From assembly GCA_963422365.1 (NCBI GenBank), contig OY729426.1:1632001-1696000 (forward strand): a DNA stretch of 64,000 nucleotides, written 5' to 3'. This document shows, one piece after another, positions 40,291-48,451 of this stretch. Origin of the DNA: Nitrospirales bacterium. GTDB taxonomy: Bacteria > Nitrospirota > Nitrospiria > Nitrospirales > UBA8639. Each line of letters opens with the position of its first letter. Position 1 is the first letter of the stretch. The position numbers were made by a program, and so were the translations under genes. The notes below the pieces were generated by a model, which ran no database searches, was not told where the DNA came from, and worked only from the letters and a program-made list of their open reading frames with translations.

Positions 40291-40970
40291 TATACCCCGC
40301 CCACCCGCTTCAACATCCGCCGTCCCTGCTCCACCTGGTGCCGCCGAGCCCGCGTGTAGCTCACCGGATACGTTTCCCGCCCGTCTGTTGTGCGTTTAAT
40401 CACGGCGCACCACCAGCGGCTATCCTCTGCCACGAAGCCCCCGAGCACTCCCGGGCGCTCGGCCGACTGGAACACGGCCCCCACGTCGAGTACGTGCTGC
40501 AGGCGCTGATAATCCCGGGGTGTCACGTCGGAATGCCGTTCGGCTTTGTTTGGCCGCGGTCCAGGCCGAGAGGCGCACGGTGGGCGAGGTCGCGCCGAGG
40601 GCGGTGGCCACTGACTCGGGCAGCCGGGCGACAGGCTGCGCTCCGGGGATCGGCTGCCGGAGGAACGCGGCAAACGCCGGGCTCGCCAGCCCCGGGGCCG
40701 TCACCGCGTGCGCGGTTGCGGGCGGCTGCGCCTCCAGCTGTTCGACGAGGCGCGAGGCGGCGTCTTGCGCACGTCAGGCCCCGGCCGCAGCCCGGCCCAC
40801 GTGGGACGCCCAGCCGGGATCAATCCCCACGGGCACCAGGCAGACTTGCCCGGTGCCCGTGTTGCGCAGGGCGTGGTCACGACACGGCGCACGCGCGAGA
40901 CCGACCAGCCACGCCGCGCCAGCTCGGCAGCGGAGAGTGGCACCACACGGCACCGCCACCTTGGGCACCT
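40290..40970 (-). pseudogene. Decayed phage MuF (head morphogenesis) C-terminus fused to a PBECR-type nuclease
   Basis: RCRVVPLS..EL.RRG, TGQV..VPVGIDPGW, then VRLSAWTAAKQ|AERHSDVTPRDYQRL...AVIKRTTDGRETYPVSY.R; two frameshifts and a stop. Confidence 0.65.
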
Positions 40971-41169
40971 TCCGAAATCTCCGACAATCGCATCTCCGTC
41001 TACGACGCAGCCTGGTGCGCGTCCGCGCGACCTCACCTCACCCCCTCCTGCCCCGCCCCTGCACCCCCATGGCAGCCCCCATGCCCCGCCCATTCCCCAC
41101 CACCGATTGCCCCTCCAAACCCAAGAGAAATTTCTAGACCCCTCGCAATTCTTTTCGTCCGGATCCACC

Positions 41170-41346
41170 CGCTGTCGCCTGACCAAGCAACAGCTAGAGC
41201 GAATGCGTTGGGAGTTGGAAAAGGAACTCGAGCCTGAAGACAGCCTGATGATTGTGGGACTGTGTGGCTCGTATACGTCGAAGCTAATTGCGCGTAACAC
41301 CAAGATCGAGTGGGTCGAGGAAGAGCCTCGCTTTTGTGTGGTGTGA
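41170..41346 (+). pseudogene. cas2: C-terminal fragment of Cas2
   Basis: RCRLTKQQLERMRWELEKELEPEDSLMIVGLC pattern of type I-B/Myxan-like Cas2; catalytic N-terminal half missing. Confidence 0.75.
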
Positions 41347-41651
41347 ATTTTTTGGGAAAGATATAGAATTCATGCATCTCTGGGTGTTTCGAGCCATGCG
41401 CCATAAAAACGGCTAAGCACTCGTATTTTTTAAAGAAAAGAGAAATGAAGGAATAAAGGGATGCGTGAAATGAGAGAAAGTGTTGGAATATTCGTTGGTT
41501 GGATGGGAAGAGAGAGGAACATTTTGGCATTTTGTGAAGAAGCCCAATTGTGGGCAATGATTCCTTGCATAGAGTGTAAAAAAATCCAACAAAACCAGTC
41601 TCTTATTTATGGGCTGTGATTACATATCAGATGCCGAAAGGCGTTGAGCAC
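41347..41651 (+). CRISPR. AT-rich CRISPR leader plus one 36-nt repeat (GTGATTACATATCAGATGCCGAAAGGCGTTGAGCAC, 41616-41651)
   Basis: Repeat has the GTG...GATGCCG.AAGGCGTTGA.CAC form with internal hairpin; follows cas2 fragment; no second repeat recognisable. Confidence 0.75.
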
Positions 41652-41798
41652 TTGAGATGGGTGCGGATTGAAAGGAGGAGGTGGATGACGGTACGGTAAA
41701 ACGTCGTGTTCAATGTGCAACTCTTCCAACACTCAAGAGATGGAGCCCGACTCCGCAACGTCTGCCATTCCTTCCTTTCAACGAAGAGACGGCAACGC

Positions 41799-42203
41799 TT
41801 AGTCCTCGGATGGACCTTTGAAGTGGAGTGACAGAGAATTGATGCAGAAACGTTGGCCTGTCGGTGTAGGGCCATCGTCAAAGACGTGACCCAGGTGTGC
41901 ATCGCAGCGACTGCAGGTGACTTCCACACGCGTCATCCCATAGCTATGGTCGGTTTTGGTATTCAGAGATTCTTCATTCGAGGGTTGAGTGAAACTCGGC
42001 CACCCCGTGCCGGATTCAAACTTGTTTTCTGAGAGGAACAGAGGGTTCTCACAACAAATGCAATGATACGTCCCTTTGGCTTTATGGTAGTCGTAGGTGC
42101 CACTGAAGGCCGGCTCGGTTCCGCGTTGGCGAGTCACGTAATATTGTTCTGGGGTGAGTTGTTGTTTCCATTCGTCATCGGATTTGTCAATTTTCTCAGT
42201 CAT
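41799..42203 (-). CDS. msrB: Peptide-methionine (R)-S-oxide reductase
   Basis: [39 protein letters not shown]. Confidence 0.96.
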   Translation of the reverse strand: MTEKIDKSDDEWKQQLTPEQYYVTRQRGTEPAFSGTYDYHKAKGTYHCICCENPLFLSENKFESGTGWPSFTQPSNEESLNTKTDHSYGMTRVEVTCSRCDAHLGHVFDDGPTPTGQRFCINSLSLHFKGPSED

Positions 42204-42795
42204 GTCGAACTCTCTTGTCACCAGAAACAAGAAGGGCTTTTTTCTGCACGGCGTTCAGGATCACTCGATCATCCATGCCGGCGTTCCATACGGTGTTCAA
42301 GAATTCAGCCGGCTCCATATTCACACTCCGCAAAAACGGGCGGTCGGCTCCGCAGCCAAACATGACATCCGGTGAGAGTTCCCCGCGAAGCTTGGCGTGG
42401 GCCTTGGCGATAATGCGGGGGAGCCATCGATACCCACCCAACTCGGCATAACCTGATGGAAGGGTCGCCGAAGGGATCACCCTATGCGAGGGGGTTCCCT
42501 GTTGCACGGTCAGAAAGTAGGTGCGGCGGACTTCGGTCATGGCGGCAACAACATCGAAAGTCGGCTCGCCGTCTTCAACCCAGTCTTCAACGAAATCATA
42601 CAGTTCTTGGGCCGAGGTGCCGATCGAATCGAGCAAGGCCAAGGCTTCATGCCCAATGACCTTTTCAGGGCCTCGATCCCCCTGCTCAAACCGATGCACT
42701 GCCTGGTCATACATATCGCGAAGTTGGGAACGCCAGTCTTGCAAACCTTGGTCTTTTGTTATCGTCTTTTCCCTCATGTCTTCATTGTGTGGCAA
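42196..42795 (-). CDS. DUF5069-like protein
   Basis: ELGG..WLPRII.KA.AKLRGEL..D.MFGC..DR.FL pattern. Confidence 0.6.
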   Translation of the reverse strand: MPHNEDMREKTITKDQGLQDWRSQLRDMYDQAVHRFEQGDRGPEKVIGHEALALLDSIGTSAQELYDFVEDWVEDGEPTFDVVAAMTEVRRTYFLTVQQGTPSHRVIPSATLPSGYAELGGYRWLPRIIAKAHAKLRGELSPDVMFGCGADRPFLRSVNMEPAEFLNTVWNAGMDDRVILNAVQKKALLVSGDKRVRHD

Positions 42796-42849
42796 AGGAG
42801 AGGTATCGTCAAGCCTGTGGGATTGCGTCGGGCTTTTGCGAAAGAACGG

Positions 42850-44280
42850 TTAGTTGGTCTCGGAAGAAAGCGATGCGGCTAGCGGGTCGGCCGAGTTTGC
42901 AAGCCGATGAAGGGTAAGGTAAGCCATGGCTTCTTCGTGCACGGTGACTCCTTTCGCGAGGAGTTCGTGGTAGGCACGCGGTGTGAGCTTGCCTGCAATC
43001 CACAACTCAATGTTCTCGACTTGCTGGGCAGCGGATTCCCAGTGTGTGACGGTTTCTACCGCACTGGCGAGTTCATCTCTCCAAGGAAGATAGTCGAGAG
43101 GAAGTATGACGACTAACGTGTGATCCTGCGTCAATCCCATCAGCAACTTGTTTTCAATCGCCACAATTTCATGAAGCGGTCTCACGTTCTGGTGGTACGA
43201 GAGCAGCATCTCAGCCATTCGTTGGAAAAACAGGGCGTCCTCTTCAAACTCTGCCGACATGGCAACCTCAAAAAAAGCTTCTCGATTGTTGACGGTCTCC
43301 ATCTCGAGCAGTGCTTGGATCAGAATGGTCTCATGGCGAGGAGAGTACCACGGGTGAGTGAGAAATGCTTCGATGAGCGATGCATCGATGTTCATGGTCT
43401 TGAGTTTTCCCCGATTCAGTTGTCGAAGTTCTTCAGGCGCATAACCTTGTAGGAGTTCCCCAATGGAGGTACTGAACGATGTCCCGACCAGCACGGCGCC
43501 GGCCGGCCCGCTAATGGGAATAGTTGCGAGTCGAACGGCCATGTCCCCGGCATATCCCGCTAAACTTACGCTATCGAGCTTTTCCTGCAAGACCGGATTG
43601 GAGGAATACACATCCACGCCAAATTGATCCGCTATTTGTCGTTTGACGGTTGAAAGACCGATCAGTTCTTCGTTCTCGGTGTCTTCGAGTTGTCCTCGTT
43701 CCCCGGCCGTCATTTCTCCAATTCGTGTCACCATGCGCCACATGCCTTGGGGCAAGGCCAGAATGGTTTCGGTGGGTTTCGTGAGCAGGCCCAGCACGAA
43801 GTTAAAAGGGCTCAGAATCGCATGCTTCGCCCCTGCTGCCAGATTTTGGAGGTGATTCAGGTCTTTTCCCATTGCGACAATAGCTTGAATTTCCTGAATA
43901 CGGATCCTCAGCATGTCCGCGCCGTAGGCCTCAAACTGTCCATACGGTGAGGTGATCAGAAAACGATATGTGTATCGAAAGGGAAGCACCTCATCCAAGA
44001 CGGTATGGTGCTCTCCTTTCAGGTCTTCCGGAGAGAGTATGTCTCTTGCGTCAAGGATGGACGGGGTTTCATATTCGGTGGCCGTGATCGTCGGAGAATG
44101 GGTGAAAGGTGAGATGGCTGCGGTAAAATTCACACACAACAGTATCCAAAAAACTATGGCCACAAAAGTAAGGGACCATAGTCGCCCAGAATGTGTGTGC
44201 AGCGTAGAGGAAGTGGTATTCTCGTGTTTTCGCATGGATGCACCTTTGAGTTGGACAAGTCGTTTCGCTTGCAAAGGCAA
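42850..44280 (-). CDS. Hypothetical exported/membrane-anchored protein
   Basis: 476-aa ORF with N-terminal hydrophobic segment; no recognised motif; start uncertain. Confidence 0.7.
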   Translation of the reverse strand: MPLQAKRLVQLKGASMRKHENTTSSTLHTHSGRLWSLTFVAIVFWILLCVNFTAAISPFTHSPTITATEYETPSILDARDILSPEDLKGEHHTVLDEVLPFRYTYRFLITSPYGQFEAYGADMLRIRIQEIQAIVAMGKDLNHLQNLAAGAKHAILSPFNFVLGLLTKPTETILALPQGMWRMVTRIGEMTAGERGQLEDTENEELIGLSTVKRQIADQFGVDVYSSNPVLQEKLDSVSLAGYAGDMAVRLATIPISGPAGAVLVGTSFSTSIGELLQGYAPEELRQLNRGKLKTMNIDASLIEAFLTHPWYSPRHETILIQALLEMETVNNREAFFEVAMSAEFEEDALFFQRMAEMLLSYHQNVRPLHEIVAIENKLLMGLTQDHTLVVILPLDYLPWRDELASAVETVTHWESAAQQVENIELWIAGKLTPRAYHELLAKGVTVHEEAMAYLTLHRLANSADPLAASLSSETN

Positions 44281-44497
44281 TTAGTGCAACCTCCGTTCCA
44301 AATACTTGTCTCATGAGGGCGACACGCGATGATCGTGCTTTGACCGAGACGTGGATCCATATTTTTCTCTTGGGTCTGTGGACAAGGTAACTGGCCGCAT
44401 GAGATGCGGCCCTACAGATCATGTGGGTCCGGAGTCTGGACAACAAAGAGGAGCAAGGCTCAGAACTCTGCTCCTCTGAACCAATGATCAACCGGAA

Positions 44498-44968
44498 TTA
44501 CGGCTTGATATAGATATACCCTTGTTGTTGGAGATCGGCAATGCGTTTCACGGCCACAGGATGTTCGGTAGGCTGAAATCCCGCTACGAGTTTTTCGAGC
44601 GGAGTCCCGAACAGTTTCATCGACACTTGGCAAATTTCAGCGTCGATTCCTTTGTCCAGGGCGGCTTTGAGTTTGGCTTTGAGTTGTGGATCGACGCTTT
44701 CCTCTTTGAAGAGTTTGAGGGCCGGGCCATGGACCACGAGCTTTACATCGATATTCTCCGGTCCACCTTCGGCTTCAATGTGTTTATTGATGAGTGCCAT
44801 CGCGTATTTGGCGGTCGCCAAGTCCTTCCCGTCGACATGATACAGCACCTTTATTTTCTCTTTGGCTATGGCGGGGGCGGCGTCCATGACAAGTCCGAAT
44901 CCCCCGGCGGCTAAAGCCAGGCTAACAACGAGAGCGCATAGGAGAGATGGTTGATGAGAGGCGAACAT
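44498..44968 (-). CDS. Periplasmic DsrE/DsrF-like protein
   Basis: Signal peptide; KVLYHVD, LVVHGPAL, conserved Cys (EICQVSM), LQQQGYIYIKP; AAGGAGG RBS. Confidence 0.8.
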   Translation of the reverse strand: MFASHQPSLLCALVVSLALAAGGFGLVMDAAPAIAKEKIKVLYHVDGKDLATAKYAMALINKHIEAEGGPENIDVKLVVHGPALKLFKEESVDPQLKAKLKAALDKGIDAEICQVSMKLFGTPLEKLVAGFQPTEHPVAVKRIADLQQQGYIYIKP

Positions 44969-45066
44969 GAAGCCCTCCTTGGAGGAAATGGTGAACAAGC
45001 TCGAACTTTTCCTTGCATGTCCACAGTATCCCAGCTTTCAACAAGAAGAGGCAAGACAACAAACTC

Positions 45067-45095
45067 TTGCCCCCTGTGATGCTACCCGCTAAGCT
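45067..45095 (+). promoter_or_regulatory. Putative sigma70 promoter of endoQ-uvrD
   Basis: TTGCCC-N17-TAAGCT. Confidence 0.4.
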
Positions 45096-45119
45096 TGCCG
45101 GACGATCCTGGAACGATTT

Positions 45120-46406
45120 ATGCCCTTCATTGCCGATCTTCATATTCATTCCCGCTATTCCCGTGCCGTCAGCAAAGACATGGTCCCGGAGAGTCTTTAT
45201 CGTTGGGCTCAACTCAAAGGGATTACCGTCGTCGGAACTGGAGACTTCACGCATCCTGGCTGGTTTACCGAACTCCAGGAGAAACTCGAACCGGCCGAAC
45301 AGGGCCTCTATCGTCTGAAGCCGGCATTCGCAGCTCAGGTGGATACCAAGGTGCCCGAGTCTTGCCGGGCTGAAGTCCGGTTCATGCTGACTTCCGAGAT
45401 CAGCAGTATTTATAAGCGCTATGAGCGTACACGCAAAGTGCACAATCTGATCTTCGCGCCAAGTTTCAGCGTCGTTGCGAACATGACGGACAAGCTGGCA
45501 CGCATTGGAAACCTCCATTCGGATGGCCGGCCCATCTTGGGATTGGACAGTGAGCAGTTGCTGCGCATTATGCTGGAGCGTGCTCCGGAGGCCTTGTTCG
45601 TTCCCGCTCATGCCTGGACGCCGCACTTTTCGGTGTTCGGGGCTAACTCGGGTTTTGACTCTTTGGAAGAATGTTTTGGAGAACTGAGTCCACATATCCA
45701 AGTGATTGAAACCGGACTTTCTTCGGACCCACCCATGAACTGGCGGCTGAGTCAGCTCGACGGCATGACCTTGATCTCGAACTCCGATGCCCATTCACCC
45801 AGCAAACTTGGCCGCGAAGCCAACGTGTTGAATAGCGCCTTGTCGTTCACCGGCATCAAAACGGCCTTTACGAGCTGCGATCCTGCCCTGTTCACGGGGA
45901 CGATCGAGTTTTTTCCTGAAGAAGGCAAGTACCATTATGACGGGCACCGAAACTGTCAAGTCCGTCTGTCCCCGGAGGAAGCCAGAACCCACAACAATGT
46001 CTGTCCGGAATGCGGAAAGCCCGTGACGCGCGGGGTCATGCATCGTGTCGAAGTGCTGGCCGATCAGCCGACCGGGCACCGTTCCCGTCATGCGTTGCCC
46101 TACTGGAGCCTGGTTCCACTTGTCGAATTGATTGCCGAGGTGTACGGGGCTGGAGTGAATACCAAAAAGGTGACCGAGTGCTACCAGCGAATGCTTGCGC
46201 GTTTAGGCAATGAATTGAAGATTCTGAGGGACGTGCCCATCTCGGATATCGAAGAGAATGGGGGAAGTCTCCTTGCCGTCTCAATCCAACGCATGCGCGC
46301 GGGCAACGTGGCCATTGCTCCGGGCTACGACGGGGAATACGGCACCGTTTCTTTGCTGTCTCAAGAAGATCGGCAATCTCATTCCTCTCAAATGCCGTTG
46401 TTCTAA
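45120..46406 (+). CDS. Endonuclease Q family protein (PHP + Zn finger)
   Basis: ADLHIHSRYS, GTGDFTHP, PAHAWTP, NSDAHS, GKYHYDGHR, CPECG, PGYDGEYG. Confidence 0.9.
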   Translation: MPFIADLHIHSRYSRAVSKDMVPESLYRWAQLKGITVVGTGDFTHPGWFTELQEKLEPAEQGLYRLKPAFAAQVDTKVPESCRAEVRFMLTSEISSIYKRYERTRKVHNLIFAPSFSVVANMTDKLARIGNLHSDGRPILGLDSEQLLRIMLERAPEALFVPAHAWTPHFSVFGANSGFDSLEECFGELSPHIQVIETGLSSDPPMNWRLSQLDGMTLISNSDAHSPSKLGREANVLNSALSFTGIKTAFTSCDPALFTGTIEFFPEEGKYHYDGHRNCQVRLSPEEARTHNNVCPECGKPVTRGVMHRVEVLADQPTGHRSRHALPYWSLVPLVELIAEVYGAGVNTKKVTECYQRMLARLGNELKILRDVPISDIEENGGSLLAVSIQRMRAGNVAIAPGYDGEYGTVSLLSQEDRQSHSSQMPLF

Positions 46407-46450
46407 CGGGCTCTCTTGTGGCTGTTTTCCTTCTGAAGCTTGATGCCTCC

Positions 46451-48445
46451 ATGAACGTCGAGAACAACCCCTTGTTCGAGAATCTCAATGCCCAGCAGCG
46501 AGAAGCCGTGTTGGCAGGCGATGGGCCGGTGCTCGTTGTTGCGGGACCTGGTACCGGCAAGACCAAAACGCTGACGGTACGTCTCGCCTATTTGCTGACC
46601 GAGCAGCACGTTGCACCCGAGGCATTACTGGCCGTCACCTTTACCACTCGGGCTGCAAGAGCCATGCGTGAGCGGTTGGAACAGCTCGTCGGGGCTCTGG
46701 CGGACAGGGTGTTTCTGGGAACCTTCCATAGCTTTTGTTTCCAATTGTTGCGAGTGGAAGGACATCGGGTTGCCCTTCCGCAGGACTTCGGCGTGGCTGA
46801 TCGGCACGATCAGGTAACGATCATGCAGCGGGCCTTGCGGCAACTGAGACAGCCGGACAATCGAACCGCGACCCAACGGAGACTCCATGATGTGTCTGCG
46901 TTTCGAAATCAACAGGCTAACCCCAATGCGTCGGTGGACAACACAGGCTTGTCTGAAATTTCCGAAGCCTATCAACAACAATTGCGAAAATGTGACTTGC
47001 TGGATTTCGATGAACTGTTGCTCTTTGGCGTGCAGGTCTTCGAATGCTTTTCGGATGTTCGGAGCCGCATTCAACGGCAATTTTCCTATGTTTTGGTTGA
47101 TGAGTATCAAGACGTCAATCCGGTGCAGCAGCGACTGTTACGATTCCTGGTCGGTGATCAAAGCCACCTCTGGGCAGTGGGAGATGGCGACCAGGCGATC
47201 TACGCATTTCGAGGCGCAGAGTTGGAACACGTGGTACAGTTTGAGAAAAGTTATGCGAATGGGAGAGTCATAACGCTGGAACAGAGCTATCGGTTCACCC
47301 CGCAGATTGGGGCTGTTGCTTCACAAGTCATCCGGCAGAACGTTTCCAGACGTGCCTTCACCCTGAAAACGGCGAATGCCTCCGGGTTGCCGGTTCAGGT
47401 TGTGAGCTTTCCTGACGAGCAAGCCGAAGCTGCTTGGATCGTCAGACAGATCGAGGAATGCGTCGGTGGAACCAGCCATTATCAACATGACAAAGGGAAG
47501 GTGACCGATACCGTGAGTCGGCGAGAGCAAAGTTTTCGAGACTTTGCGGTGTTGTGCCGTCTTCATGCCCTGACGAAGCCTCTTCAGGAGGCTCTGAGAA
47601 ACTCGGGAATCCCGCATCGAGTGGTGGGGGAAACACGATTTTTCGATAAGAAAGTGGTCAAAGACGTGCTGGCGTACCTGCGGGTCATCCAGAATCCACA
47701 TGATGACAGCCCCTTCGCGCATATTCTCAATTGTCCGCCACGAGGAATCGGTAGGCAGATGCAAACGGTCCTTGAAGCCGAGGCCGAACGACACCGTCTC
47801 TCGCTGTATGCCACTCTGGGAAGATCCGGGATCCTCTCATCATCTCAAATGAGAGCGGCCAAGTCGTTGATCACGCTTATTGAAGACATGCAGCGCAACA
47901 GGGAAGAGAACCCCCTTTCACCATTCCTTGCGTATGTGGCGGAGGTCACAGGCCTTCGGCCCTGGCGGATAGAACAGGATCCACGTCATGAAAACGATTT
48001 GTTGCTGCTTCGCTCGATTGCTGCGAAATACGATGAGGTGAACACCACGTTGGCCCTTCAGCAATTTTTAGAAGAGGCGACCTTGGCCGTCGACGTCGAT
48101 GACTATGATGCCTCTGTCGACGCGGTGAGCCTGATGACCATCCATGCTGCCAAGGGATTGGAGTTTCCCGAAGTGATGATGTGCGGGGTCGAAGAGGGGA
48201 GCCTGCCATGCGAACATGGAGACCTTGAAGAAGAACGCCGGCTGTTTTATGTCGGCCTGACTCGCGCCAAAGAAAGAGCACATCTTCTCCATTGTCGCAC
48301 CCGTTGTGTGTTCGGGGATCGCCGTGACCGTGACGCCTCACGATTTCTCCTGGAATTTGATGAGAGCTTGAAAGAAACCATTGTGATCTCCAGCCGACCC
48401 CGACGGTCGAAACACGCACCGGAGCAACTTTCTTTATTAGAATGA
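46451..48445 (+). CDS. UvrD/PcrA family SF1 DNA helicase
   Basis: AGPGTGKT, TFHS, DEYQD, GDGDQAIY.FRGA, TIHAAKGLEF, EERRLFYVGLTRA. Confidence 0.92.
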   Translation: MNVENNPLFENLNAQQREAVLAGDGPVLVVAGPGTGKTKTLTVRLAYLLTEQHVAPEALLAVTFTTRAARAMRERLEQLVGALADRVFLGTFHSFCFQLLRVEGHRVALPQDFGVADRHDQVTIMQRALRQLRQPDNRTATQRRLHDVSAFRNQQANPNASVDNTGLSEISEAYQQQLRKCDLLDFDELLLFGVQVFECFSDVRSRIQRQFSYVLVDEYQDVNPVQQRLLRFLVGDQSHLWAVGDGDQAIYAFRGAELEHVVQFEKSYANGRVITLEQSYRFTPQIGAVASQVIRQNVSRRAFTLKTANASGLPVQVVSFPDEQAEAAWIVRQIEECVGGTSHYQHDKGKVTDTVSRREQSFRDFAVLCRLHALTKPLQEALRNSGIPHRVVGETRFFDKKVVKDVLAYLRVIQNPHDDSPFAHILNCPPRGIGRQMQTVLEAEAERHRLSLYATLGRSGILSSSQMRAAKSLITLIEDMQRNREENPLSPFLAYVAEVTGLRPWRIEQDPRHENDLLLLRSIAAKYDEVNTTLALQQFLEEATLAVDVDDYDASVDAVSLMTIHAAKGLEFPEVMMCGVEEGSLPCEHGDLEEERRLFYVGLTRAKERAHLLHCRTRCVFGDRRDRDASRFLLEFDESLKETIVISSRPRRSKHAPEQLSLLE

Positions 48446-48451
48446 GAGCTT

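Noticed and set aside
40975..41030. PIN/VapC-like peptide EISDNRISVYDAAW on the + strand
   Set aside because: Too short, with no start or other PIN motifs; may be a relic but unsupported.
41652..41790. Second, degenerate CRISPR repeat
   Set aside because: Only a weak GATG.CG resemblance near 41684; not enough to call an array.
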